Program-made: the position numbers and the translations under genes
DNA from: an uncultured Actinomycetes bacterium
GTDB taxonomy: Bacteria > Actinomycetota > Thermoleophilia > Gaiellales > Gaiellaceae
DNA length: 64,000 bases
Direction: 5' to 3'
Assembly: GCA_963748255.1 (NCBI GenBank)
Contig: CAVVIL010000003.1
Location: 111,938-175,937 of the forward strand
The notes under the pieces: model-generated
What the model saw: only the letters and a program-made list of their open reading frames with translations
What the model was told of the DNA's origin: nothing
The model's database searches: none
Shown: positions 55,160 through 63,859 of the stretch, in pieces
Numbering within the stretch: the first letter of the stretch is position 1
Layout of the letters: each line of letters begins with the position of its first letter

Positions 55160-55771
55160 CTAGCTCGACCGCGCCGCCTCGAGCTTCGCGGCGACGGCGT
55201 CCCAGTCGACGACGTTCCACCAGGCCGCAAGGTAGTCGGGGCGCCGGTTCTGGTAGTTGAGGTAGTACGCGTGCTCCCAGACGTCGATCCCGAGGAGCGG
55301 CGTCTTGCCCTCCATGATCGGCGAGTCCTGGTTCGGAGTCGAGAGGACCGCGAGGCCCGTCCCGTCCCAGACGAGCCAGCTCCAGCCGGAGCCGAAGCGC
55401 TTCACACCGGCGTCGTTGACCTGCGTCTTGAGCTCGTCGAGCGAGCCGAACGTGGCGTCGATCGCGCTCGCGAGGTCGCCGGTCGGCTCCCCGCCGCCGT
55501 TCGGGCCCATGATCTCCCAGAAGAGCGTGTGGTTCGCGTGGCCGCCGCCGTTGTTGCGCACGGCGGCGCGCTTGTCCTCGGGGAGGATCTCGAGGTTCGT
55601 GATCACGGCCTCGATCGGCCGGTCGATCCACTCCGTGCCCTCCAGCGCGGCGTTGAGGTTGGTCACGTACGCCGCGTGGTGCTTGTCGTGGTGGATCTCC
55701 ATCGTGCGCGCGTCGATGTGCGGCTCGAGGGCGTCGAACGGGTACGCGAGGTCGGGGACGGAGTAGGGCAT
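55160..55771 (-). CDS. sodA: Fe/Mn superoxide dismutase
   Basis: [58 protein letters not shown]. Confidence 0.95.
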   Translation of the reverse strand: MPYSVPDLAYPFDALEPHIDARTMEIHHDKHHAAYVTNLNAALEGTEWIDRPIEAVITNLEILPEDKRAAVRNNGGGHANHTLFWEIMGPNGGGEPTGDLASAIDATFGSLDELKTQVNDAGVKRFGSGWSWLVWDGTGLAVLSTPNQDSPIMEGKTPLLGIDVWEHAYYLNYQNRRPDYLAAWWNVVDWDAVAAKLEAARSS

Positions 55772-55851
55772 CGTCTCTCCTTCGTGTCGTCGGCGATTCC
55801 GCCCAAGGATATGCTCCCGCCGGTCTCGTCCCGCCGAAGCAGAGGAGCGAC

Positions 55852-56463
55852 ATGCCGCAGTTCGAGGAGATCTCAGCCCGCCCGCTGGAGCCCCGGCTCC
55901 TGCAGCTCTCCGGCATCTCGCGTGCCTCCGTCGAGGCGCATTACCGCCTCTACCAGGGCTACGTCGCCAAGCGGAACGAGATCCTCGGCAAGCTCGCCGA
56001 GGTCGACCTCGACAAGGCGAACCAGGTGTACTCCGACGTCCGCGCCCTGAAGGTCGACCTCACCTTCGCGATCGGCGGGATCAAGAACCACGAGCTCTAC
56101 TTCGCGCACCTCGGCGGTGAGGGCGGCGACCCGGACGGCGCGTTCCGCGCCCTCGTCGACCGTGACTTCGGCTCCGTCGCAGCCTGGCGGAGCGACCTGC
56201 GCGCGACCGCGATCGCCGCGCGCGGCTGGGCGTGGACGGCGTACGACTGGGACGAGCGCCGCCTGTTCAACTACATCGGCGACGCGCAGAACACCTTCCC
56301 CGTGTGGAACGCGACGCCGCTCGTCGCGCTCGACGTCTACGAGCACGCCTACTTCCTCGACTACCAGACCGACCGCCCCTCGTACGTCGACGCGTTCTTC
56401 GAGAATCTCGACTGGACGGTCGTGAACGGGTGGATCAGCTCGTACGGCATCCCGTCGTCGTGA
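55852..56463 (+). CDS. Divergent Fe/Mn-SOD family paralog
   Basis: The metal-ligand positions are retained (EAH.., [21 protein letters not shown]), but HHxKHH is replaced by HYRLYQGY. 203 aa. Divergently transcribed from sodA. Confidence 0.75.
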   Translation: MPQFEEISARPLEPRLLQLSGISRASVEAHYRLYQGYVAKRNEILGKLAEVDLDKANQVYSDVRALKVDLTFAIGGIKNHELYFAHLGGEGGDPDGAFRALVDRDFGSVAAWRSDLRATAIAARGWAWTAYDWDERRLFNYIGDAQNTFPVWNATPLVALDVYEHAYFLDYQTDRPSYVDAFFENLDWTVVNGWISSYGIPSS

Positions 56464-56509
56464 CGCGGGCTCCCCGCCGTGGCGGGGCGCCGGCTGACGG
56501 CTTCCGGTC

Positions 56510-57115
56510 GTGGTCGTCGACGTCCTGATCGTCGTCGGGGCGTACCTCCTCGGCTCGATCCCGTTCGGCTACGTGCTCCCGCGCCTCCTGCGCGGGGAGG
56601 ACGTCCGCACGCGTGGCAGCGGCAACGTCGGCGCCTCGAACGTCTGGCGCGTCTACGGCCGCTCGCTCGGGGTGCCCGTGGCGCTGCTCGACGTCGCGAA
56701 GGGCTTCGTGCCCGCGCTCGTCGGGCTCGAGGTCGGCGGCGACTGGGTCGGCGTCCTCGCCGGCGCTGCGGCGATGATCGGGCACGCCCGGCCCGTGTTC
56801 CTCGGCTTCGGCAAGGGCGGGAAGATGGTCGCGACGGCCGGCGGCGTCGCGTTTGCGCTCGCGCCGCTCGTTGCGGCGATCTGCCTCGTTCTCTGGCTCG
56901 TCGTCTTCGCCCTCTTCCGGTACGCGTCCCTGGCCTCGATCGTCACCGCCTCGGCGCTCCCGCTGCTCTGCCTCGCGTTCGGGAGCTCCTGGCCCGTCGT
57001 CGGCTTCACCGCCCTCGCCGCGGTCGGCGTCGTCCTCCTGCACCGGCACAACCTGCGGCGCCTGCTCGCGGGCACCGAGCCGCGCTTCTCGCGGGCCGAA
57101 GCGCGGCCCGGTTGA
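56510..57115 (+). CDS. plsY: Glycerol-3-phosphate acyltransferase PlsY
   Basis: YLLGSIPFGYV, GSGNVGASN, LLDVAKG, GHARPVFLGFGKGGK. Confidence 0.92.
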   Translation: MVVDVLIVVGAYLLGSIPFGYVLPRLLRGEDVRTRGSGNVGASNVWRVYGRSLGVPVALLDVAKGFVPALVGLEVGGDWVGVLAGAAAMIGHARPVFLGFGKGGKMVATAGGVAFALAPLVAAICLVLWLVVFALFRYASLASIVTASALPLLCLAFGSSWPVVGFTALAAVGVVLLHRHNLRRLLAGTEPRFSRAEARPG

Positions 57116-57147
57116 CGGCGCCGCCGCCGCCCGACGATCATCCGGGC

Positions 57148-58425
57148 GTGCGGAGCGTGGGGTCACCGGCACGGACGCTGCGCGCGCTCGCGGTCGCGGT
57201 TGCCGCGCTCGCGCTCGTCGCCGTGCTCGCGGGCGAGGCGCGCGCTGCGGCGTGGTGCGGCACGGTCTCGACCGCGGACCGGCCGGCGACCGTCACCGGC
57301 CGCGCGATCCAGGTCGTCTACGCCCTTCCCTCGGACGGTGTCGACCGCGCCGCCGAGCGCGCCGCGCAGATCTCGGCGGACGTGGACGAGATCGGCGCCT
57401 GGTGGCGGAGCCAGGACTTCGAGCGCGAGCCGCGCTTCGACCGCGCCGCCTTCGCGTGTGGCGCGCAGGCGGACATCGTCGTCGTCCGGCTGCCCGACCC
57501 GGCGGCCGCGCTGCAGGCCAACGGGTCCCGCTTCGAGCGGATCGCCGACGTCGTCGCGCAGGGCGTCGCAGGGTTCGAGAAGCATCTCGTCTACTACGAC
57601 GGGCCGGTCGCCGAGGGCTCCCCGTGCGGCGAGGGGGGAGGCAACCCCGACGGCGAGGGCATCGCGATCGTCTACATGGCGACGTGCTCGCCCGTTCCGA
57701 CCGAGGTCGTCGCGGCGCACGAGCTGCTGCACGCCTTCGGGGCTCTACCGACCAGCGGGCCGCCGAACGCCTGCCCCGACTCGCGCGGGCACCCGTGCGA
57801 CAGCACGGGCGACATCCTCTACCCGTACGCGCCGACCGCGCGGCTCAACGCGCTCGCGCTCGACGTCGGCCACAACGACTACTACGCGCACGGCGGAGGC
57901 TGGCTCGACGTGCAGGACTCCCGCTGGCTGCGCCTCGTGACGCGCCAGGTGCGTCTCGCGCTGACGATCGCGGGCGGCGGCTCCGTCGAGAGCGACGTGC
58001 CGGGCCTCGACTGCACGGCGACGTGCGCGACCGACTGGGACCAGGGGACGGCGGTCGTCCTCGACGCGCTCCCCGCCGCGGGACAGCGCTTCGTCCGCTG
58101 GTCGGGCGCCTGCGCGGGAAGCGACAGCTGCTCCGTGACGCTCGGTGCCGCGCAGTCCGTTGCGGCGCTCTTCGCCCCCGAGCGGTTCCCGCTCACGGTC
58201 GTCGTCGCGGGGCGGGGGGCCGTGAGCGGCGGGAGCCTTCGGTGCACCGTCGCCCGCTGCGTCCGGGCCGCGCCGTCCTACACGACCGTCCGTCTCGCCG
58301 CGACCGCGGCGAAGGGATGGCGGTTCGCCGGGTGGACGGGGGCCTGCACCCGCCGGAGCGGCGCCTGCACGGTGCCGATGACGAAGGCGACCTCCGTCCG
58401 CGCCCGGTTCGTCAAGCGTCGCTGA
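57148..58425 (+). CDS. Secreted protein with HExxH motif and two C-terminal Cys-rich InlB-B-repeat-like modules
   Basis: Signal peptide, AAHELLHAFG. Two ~70-aa repeats (about 57948-58173 and 58189-58413) share the pattern G.G.V......C...C.......L.A....G..F..W.GAC.....C.V......V.A.F. Confidence 0.6.
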   Translation: MRSVGSPARTLRALAVAVAALALVAVLAGEARAAAWCGTVSTADRPATVTGRAIQVVYALPSDGVDRAAERAAQISADVDEIGAWWRSQDFEREPRFDRAAFACGAQADIVVVRLPDPAAALQANGSRFERIADVVAQGVAGFEKHLVYYDGPVAEGSPCGEGGGNPDGEGIAIVYMATCSPVPTEVVAAHELLHAFGALPTSGPPNACPDSRGHPCDSTGDILYPYAPTARLNALALDVGHNDYYAHGGGWLDVQDSRWLRLVTRQVRLALTIAGGGSVESDVPGLDCTATCATDWDQGTAVVLDALPAAGQRFVRWSGACAGSDSCSVTLGAAQSVAALFAPERFPLTVVVAGRGAVSGGSLRCTVARCVRAAPSYTTVRLAATAAKGWRFAGWTGACTRRSGACTVPMTKATSVRARFVKRR

Positions 58426-59380
58426 GCCAGGCCTCGAGCGTCGTCTGCCGCGGCGTCGCGACGCCGTCGGCCAGCTCGTCGCGGAGCTCGCCGACGGTTC
58501 CCCAGCGCTCCGCGACGACGTCGTGGTCGTGGATCGTCTCGAGGTTCACCTGGCGTGAGAGGACGAAGTCGTCGTCGGCCAGGGCGGGCTCGGCGGCGAG
58601 GAGCTCGCCGAGTGCGACACGCACCGAGTCCTCCACGAAGCGCGGCCGGAGGTGGGCGTGCTCGACGACGAAGAGCTCGTCCGGGCGCTTCAGGAGCTCA
58701 TAGACCGGGGCGCTCATCGAGCGCTCGACGATCCCCACGAGATCCTCGGCGTCGAGCTCGCTCGCCGTCCCGACGAGCAGGGTCCCGCGACCGCGCTGGT
58801 TGTGCGTCGCGATCGGGACGAGCTCCAGGATCCGCTCGACGTCGTCGCCGAAGCCCGCCTCCGCGAGGCGCTCGGCCGCCCGTGCGCGGACGAGCCCCTG
58901 CGCGCACGGGCAGGCGTTGATCCCCGTCGCCTCGACCCCGACGACGCGCCGCGAGCCGGCGCCCGTCGCGGCCGCGATCCCGATCAGGGAGACCATCTCC
59001 TGGGTCGTCAGGCCGGTGACCGGCGTCCGCCGCCGGAGCGGCCAGCGGGCGACGATCCGCACCTCGGCCCGGAGCGCGCGCTGGCGCTCGACGATCTGCG
59101 TCGCGATCCGGTCGGCGAGGTTCTCCACGAGCAGGCCCTCGCCGAGGACGACGTCGTCGATCGCCTCGTCGAAGAGCTCGGGGAAGCGCGACATGTGGAC
59201 GCCCTTCTGGTCGCGCGCGAGGTCGACGGTGCACTCGAGCTCCGCCGCCATGAGGATCTCCTGGGCGCCGCGCCGGATCCGGAGCGCCTTGTGGACCCCC
59301 GTCACCCCGACGCGCGAGAGCGCGAGCGAGATCGGCGGCGCGGAGGCCTGGACGTCCCCGACGAGTGGGAGGTCGCTCAT
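58412..59380 (-). CDS. folE2: GTP cyclohydrolase FolE2/MptA (type IB)
   Basis: QKGVHMSRF, ACPCAQ, IATHNQRGRG, LETIHDHDVVA. ATG at 59380, with an alternative TTG at 59395. Confidence 0.85.
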   Translation of the reverse strand: MSDLPLVGDVQASAPPISLALSRVGVTGVHKALRIRRGAQEILMAAELECTVDLARDQKGVHMSRFPELFDEAIDDVVLGEGLLVENLADRIATQIVERQRALRAEVRIVARWPLRRRTPVTGLTTQEMVSLIGIAAATGAGSRRVVGVEATGINACPCAQGLVRARAAERLAEAGFGDDVERILELVPIATHNQRGRGTLLVGTASELDAEDLVGIVERSMSAPVYELLKRPDELFVVEHAHLRPRFVEDSVRVALGELLAAEPALADDDFVLSRQVNLETIHDHDVVAERWGTVGELRDELADGVATPRQTTLEAWLSDA

Positions 59381-59419
59381 GGGGGCACGGTACAAGGTGC
59401 GAGCGGCCCCGCCGGCGCG

Positions 59420-60247
59420 TCAGCGCAGGAGGCGGGAGAGACGCCGGTCCTTGAGGATCCGGCCGCCTGTCTGGCATGCGGCGCAGTACGTGATCGTGTG
59501 CTCCTCGAAGTCGACGCGGAGCAGGGTCTCGCCGCAGCGGGGGCACGGCTCGCCGTAGTGCCCGTGCACCCGGTAGACGGCGGCATCGCCCTTGCCCTGG
59601 AGCCGCAGCTCGAGCGCGCGCGAGAGGTCGTCGTGGATCGCGGTCGCGAGCCGCTCGACCTCCTCGTCCGAGAGCTCGGCCGAGATCCGGAAGGGAGGCA
59701 GCCGGGCCTCCCAGAGCACCTCGTTCGCGTGGGCGCGGCCGATGCCCGCGAGCGCACGCTGGTCGCGGAGCAGCGAGTGGAGCTGGCGACGCTCCGCCCG
59801 CAGGATCGCGCCGAGCGACGCAGCGTCGAGGTCGAGCGCGTCCGGGCCGAGATGGGCGAGCTCGGCGTCGAGCGCCTCCGGGGTGAGGATCCACACGCCC
59901 GCGCGCCTCTTCTTGCCGGCCTCCGTCAGGTCGAGCTCGCCGCCGTCGGCGAACGCGACCCGGAACATCGGCTTCGCCGGCCCCTTCTTGCCCGGTGCGA
60001 CGTACCGGAGGCGGCCGGCGCTCATCAGGTGCACGCGGAGCACGAGCTCGCCGTCGTCGGTCGGGAAGAGCAGGTTCTTGCCGCGCCGCTCCGACCCCGC
60101 GAACGTCCGCCCCTCGAGCGCGCCTGGTGGCGGGTCGAAGCTCTTCAGCGTCGCGATGTGGCCGGGCCGGGCGGACGCGATCGGCGCGCGCACGACGAGC
60201 GGGGAGAGCTCCCGCACCCAGGCCTCCACCTCGGGCAGCTCTGGCAT
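59420..60247 (-). CDS. Fpg/Nei family DNA glycosylase / AP lyase
   Basis: The MPELPEVE N-terminus (catalytic Pro2/Glu3), H2TH region, and C-terminal zinc finger CPRCG...CAACQ. Confidence 0.88.
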   Translation of the reverse strand: MPELPEVEAWVRELSPLVVRAPIASARPGHIATLKSFDPPPGALEGRTFAGSERRGKNLLFPTDDGELVLRVHLMSAGRLRYVAPGKKGPAKPMFRVAFADGGELDLTEAGKKRRAGVWILTPEALDAELAHLGPDALDLDAASLGAILRAERRQLHSLLRDQRALAGIGRAHANEVLWEARLPPFRISAELSDEEVERLATAIHDDLSRALELRLQGKGDAAVYRVHGHYGEPCPRCGETLLRVDFEEHTITYCAACQTGGRILKDRRLSRLLR

Positions 60248-60453
60248 GTGCTCAGCGTAGTGCCGTCAGGCGGGCCGAAGCGGGGGCCGAGAGGTGGAAA
60301 AAGAATCGATGATCGAGGATTTTTGCCTTCCATCTCCATGCACGCGTGTATACGATGCGCCGCCTGAGGTCCGGGCCGCACGGTGGCGCGAGTCCGGCTC
60401 GTTGCGTTCGAAGGGTTCGTCTCCGTCAACCGACTTTGGGGGAAAGGGAGTCA

Positions 60454-61551
60454 ATGCTCTCAGTCGAAACCGCCCTTCCGGACGTCGAGGAGCTCCACAA
60501 GCTCGTCGAGCAGGGGCAGGAGAAGGGGTTCCTCACGTACGACGAGATCGTCAAGTCCCTCGAGGACGTCGATCTCACGAAGGAGCAGCTCGAGGACTTC
60601 ACCACGTACCTGATCGATCATTCGATCGAGTTGCACGAGGGGGAGCAGCACAAGGCGCTGCCGCACGAGGAGCCGATCGCCGCGCCCGAGGAGGCGGCCG
60701 CGCCGAAGCTCGACCTCACCGTCGAGCCGTCGCTCGACTCGCTCCGCCTCTACCTCCGGGAGATCGGCAAGGTGCCGCTCCTGACGGCCGACCAGGAGGT
60801 CGCGCTCGCAAAGCGGATCGAGCGCGGCGACATGGCGGCGAAGCAGCACATGATCGAGGCGAACCTGCGGCTCGTGGTCTCGATCGCCAAGGGCTACCTG
60901 GGGCGGGGGCTCTCGTTCCTCGACCTGATCCAGGAGGGGTCGCTGGGTCTGATCCGGGCGGTCGAGAAGTTCGACTACCGCAAGGGGTTCAAGTTCTCGA
61001 CGTACGCGACCTGGTGGATTCGCCAGGCGGTGACGCGTGCGATCGCGGACAAGGCGCGGACGATCCGGATTCCCGTGCACATGGTCGAGAAGCTCAACAA
61101 GGTCGTCCACATCGAGCGGCAGCTCGTCCAGCGCCTCGGGCGCGAGCCGCGGCCCGAGGAGGTCGCGGAGGAGCTCGAGATGTCGACCGAGGAGGTGCGC
61201 GAGATCCTGCGCATGGCACAGATGCCGATCTCGCTCGAGAAGCCGATCGGCGAGGAGGAGGACTCCTCGCTCGGCGACTTCGTCCCGGACGACCAGGCCG
61301 AGTCGCCCTTCGACACGGCGTCGCTCTCGCTCCGCCGGGAGGACATCGAGCAGGCGCTCGGCTCGCTGCCCGAGCGCGACCGGAAGGTGATCGAGCTCCG
61401 CTTCGGGCTCCTCGGCGAGGCGCCGTGCACGCTCGAGGAGGTCGGTCGGGCGTTCGGCGTCACGCGCGAGCGCATCCGGCAGATCGAGAACAACACGCTG
61501 AAGCGCCTCGAGACCCTCCCCGAGGCCCAGCCGCTCCGCGACTGCGTCTGA
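60454..61551 (+). CDS. rpoD: Primary (group 1) RNA polymerase sigma factor
   Basis: SD GGAAAGGGAG plus ATG at 60454. [80 protein letters not shown]. Confidence 0.93.
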   Translation: MLSVETALPDVEELHKLVEQGQEKGFLTYDEIVKSLEDVDLTKEQLEDFTTYLIDHSIELHEGEQHKALPHEEPIAAPEEAAAPKLDLTVEPSLDSLRLYLREIGKVPLLTADQEVALAKRIERGDMAAKQHMIEANLRLVVSIAKGYLGRGLSFLDLIQEGSLGLIRAVEKFDYRKGFKFSTYATWWIRQAVTRAIADKARTIRIPVHMVEKLNKVVHIERQLVQRLGREPRPEEVAEELEMSTEEVREILRMAQMPISLEKPIGEEEDSSLGDFVPDDQAESPFDTASLSLRREDIEQALGSLPERDRKVIELRFGLLGEAPCTLEEVGRAFGVTRERIRQIENNTLKRLETLPEAQPLRDCV

Positions 61552-61555
61552 TCGC

Positions 61556-61579
61556 GTGGGGGAGCTCCGGCTCCCCCAC
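61556..61579 (+). terminator. Perfect 10-bp GC hairpin, 5 nt after the rpoD stop (terminator-like, no U-tract)
   Basis: GTGGGGGAGC-TCCG-GCTCCCCCAC. Confidence 0.5.
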
Positions 61580-61631
61580 GCTTCCACCTGTATCGCGAAG
61601 CGAGGATCCGCCGAGCGGATCCCCGCCGCTC

Positions 61632-61660
61632 GATCCCCGCCTGACGGCGGGGCACACCCC
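61632..61660 (+). repeat. REP-like hairpin element, copy 1 (GATCCCCGCC-TGAC-GGCGGGGCACACCCC)
   Basis: Its reverse complement recurs at 62539-62566 with only the loop differing. A partial direct repeat GATCCCCGCC lies at 61618-61627. Confidence 0.5.
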
Positions 61661-61698
61661 TGAAGGCGCCCGCTTCGCGGTCGCACACCCTCGTTGCC

Positions 61699-62538
61699 AT
61701 GATTGGCTGCCTGTCCGCCGCGGCAGGCTCGGGCGCGGTGACGCCGAAACACGCTTCCGTGAGCAGTCGGACGGTCGAGGCGATCGTCACCGGGGCGATC
61801 GGGCTCGCCGTGGTGATCGCCGTGCGATGGGCGCTCGGGGTGGCGTTCAACCGGTACGAGCGACGGCTCGGATTGCGCGACCCGGCGGAGGCGGCCCGGC
61901 GGCGCACGACGCTCGGGTTCCTACGCCGCGTGATCGTCGCGATCGTCGCGGCGATCGCCGTCTGGAGCGTCCTCTCGCTCTACCCCCAGACCGACCAGAT
62001 CGTCAACGCACTGCTCGCGTCGAGCGCCGTGATCGCCCTCTTCGTCGGCATCGCCTTCAACACGCCGCTCTCGAACCTCGGCTCCGGCCTGCTCGTGGCG
62101 TTCGCGCAGCCCCTCCGGCTCGGCGACCGCGTCACGATCGGGGAGCACACGGGGTTCGTCGAGGAGGTGGACCTGCTCTACACCACGCTCGTCACCGACG
62201 AGGCGCGTCGGGTGTTCGTCCCGAACACGCAGCTCACGACGTCGACGATCGTCAACCGCACGATTCGCGACCCGCGGCGCGTCGTCTCCGCCGAGTTCCC
62301 GGTTCGACTCGGCGCGTCGGTCGACGAGGCGCGGCAGGTCGTCCTGCGTGCCGTCTCGCGTCTCGAGGGCGTGCGGCACGACGAGACTCGCGTGCTCGTG
62401 GGCGACGTGAAGGGCGGCGCCGTCTGGCTCACGGCGACGGTCTCGGCGCCGCTCGACGCCGACGTGATCCTGCTCGGCTCGAACCTCCGCGAGGAGGTCC
62501 TCGACGCGCTCGGCGAGGCCGGCGCGCTCGCCGCCTGA
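61699..62538 (+). CDS. MscS-family mechanosensitive channel
   Basis: TM helices, then the conserved beta-domain PLRLGDRVTIGEHTGFVEEVDLLYTTLVTDEARRVFVPN. 279 aa. Confidence 0.85.
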   Translation: MIGCLSAAAGSGAVTPKHASVSSRTVEAIVTGAIGLAVVIAVRWALGVAFNRYERRLGLRDPAEAARRRTTLGFLRRVIVAIVAAIAVWSVLSLYPQTDQIVNALLASSAVIALFVGIAFNTPLSNLGSGLLVAFAQPLRLGDRVTIGEHTGFVEEVDLLYTTLVTDEARRVFVPNTQLTTSTIVNRTIRDPRRVVSAEFPVRLGASVDEARQVVLRAVSRLEGVRHDETRVLVGDVKGGAVWLTATVSAPLDADVILLGSNLREEVLDALGEAGALAA

Positions 62539-62566
62539 GGGGTGTGCCCCGCCGAAGGCGGGGATC
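62539..62566 (-). repeat. REP-like hairpin element, copy 2, inverted orientation (GGGGTGTGCCCCGCC-GAA-GGCGGGGATC)
   Basis: Starts 1 nt after the mscS stop. It is the reverse complement of copy 1 apart from the loop. Confidence 0.5.
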
Positions 62567-62571
62567 GAGCC

Positions 62572-62599
62572 GCAGGATTCGGCTTCTGCCGAATCCTGC
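62572..62599. terminator. Perfect 12-bp hairpin between the convergent mscS and aspartate kinase genes (bidirectional terminator candidate)
   Basis: GCAGGATTCGGC-TTCT-GCCGAATCCTGC. Lies 15 nt beyond the ask stop on the minus strand. Confidence 0.5.
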
Positions 62600-62614
62600 T
62601 TGGCGAAACAAGGA

Positions 62615-63859
62615 CTAGATCGTCGGCTCGCGCTCGGGCTCGCGTTCCAGGGCGAACGCCGTATGGAGGCCGCGCACGGCCTCGGGGATGCGGTCGCGGG
62701 CGATCATGCAGGAGATCTTGATCGGCGAGGTCGAGATCATCTCGAGGTTGATCCCGAGCTCCGCGAGCGTGCGGAACATCGTCGCGGCGACGCCCGGATG
62801 CGAGCGCATCCCGGCCCCGATCAGCGAGACCTTGCCGAGCTCGGTGTTCGCGTCGACGTCGAACGCCCCCAGCTCCTCCTGCAGCGCCGTGATCGCGCTC
62901 CGGGTGTTGGCGACATCCTCCGCGGGCACCGAGAACGACATCTCCGCGCGGCCGTGGACGACGTTCTGGATGATCGTGTCGACGTTCACCTGCGCCGAGG
63001 CGACGCCCTCGAAGATGCGGGCGGCGACCCCGGGCCGGTCGGGGATCCCGGTCAGCGTGAAGACGACGTCCGTCTCCGAGTGCGTGACCGCCGAGACGAT
63101 CGGCTGCTCCATTCCCTCTGCGTCCTGCACCCAGGTTCCCTCCTCGTCGGAGAACGTCGAGCGTGCGTGGATCCGCACGCCGTGGTTGCGTGCCAGCTCC
63201 ACCGAGCGGAGCATGAGCACCTTGGCGCCCGAGGCGGCCATCTCGAGCATCTCGTCGTAGGAGACGAAGGGGAGCTTGCGCGCCTCCGGCACGAGCCGCG
63301 GATCGGCGGTGAACACCCCGAGCACGTCCGAGTAGATCTCGCAGGCGCCGCCGAGCGCCGCGGCGAGCGCCACGGCGGTCGCGTCGGTGCCGCCGCGCCC
63401 GAGCGTCGTGATCTCCATCGTCTCGCGCGAGAAGCCCTGGAAGCCGGCGACGAGGACGATCCGGCCCTGGTCGAGGGCCGTGCGGATGCGGTCGCCGCGG
63501 ATCTCCCGGATCTTGGCGCGGGTGTGCGAGGCGTCGGTGATGATCCCCGCCTGCGAGCCGGTGTACGAGACGGCGTCCTCGCCGAGGTCGTGGATCGCCA
63601 TCGCGACGAGCGCGCAGGCGATCCGCTCGCCGGTCGAGAGGATCATGTCGAGCTCGCGCGGGTTCGGCGTGGGCGAGACCTCGCCCGCCAGCGCGATGAG
63701 GGTGTCCGTGGTCTTCCCCATCGCGGAGACCGTGCCGACCACCCGCAGCCCGGTCCGGCGGGCCTCGACGAGGCGGCGGGCGACGTTCCGCACCTTCTCG
63801 GGGTCGGCGACCGACGAGCCGCCGAACTTCATGACGACGGTGTCGACCCCCTCGGTCAC
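62615..63859 (-). CDS. lysC: Aspartate kinase (with ACT domains; probable nested beta-subunit start at 63112)
   Basis: [34 protein letters not shown], two C-terminal ACT repeats. The GTG start overlaps the upstream stop (GTGA at 63856-63859). Confidence 0.95.
   Translation of the reverse strand: MTEGVDTVVMKFGGSSVADPEKVRNVARRLVEARRTGLRVVGTVSAMGKTTDTLIALAGEVSPTPNPRELDMILSTGERIACALVAMAIHDLGEDAVSYTGSQAGIITDASHTRAKIREIRGDRIRTALDQGRIVLVAGFQGFSRETMEITTLGRGGTDATAVALAAALGGACEIYSDVLGVFTADPRLVPEARKLPFVSYDEMLEMAASGAKVLMLRSVELARNHGVRIHARSTFSDEEGTWVQDAEGMEQPIVSAVTHSETDVVFTLTGIPDRPGVAARIFEGVASAQVNVDTIIQNVVHGRAEMSFSVPAEDVANTRSAITALQEELGAFDVDANTELGKVSLIGAGMRSHPGVAATMFRTLAELGINLEMISTSPIKISCMIARDRIPEAVRGLHTAFALEREPEREPTI

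Noticed and set aside
60248-60453. Specific -35/-10 assignment for the rpoD promoter (TTGCCT at 60323-60328; TATACG/TACGAT at 60349-60356).
   Set aside because: The AT-rich island is real, but spacer lengths (18-22 nt) are ambiguous and several hexamer pairings are possible. It is not supportable as a defined feature without TSS data.
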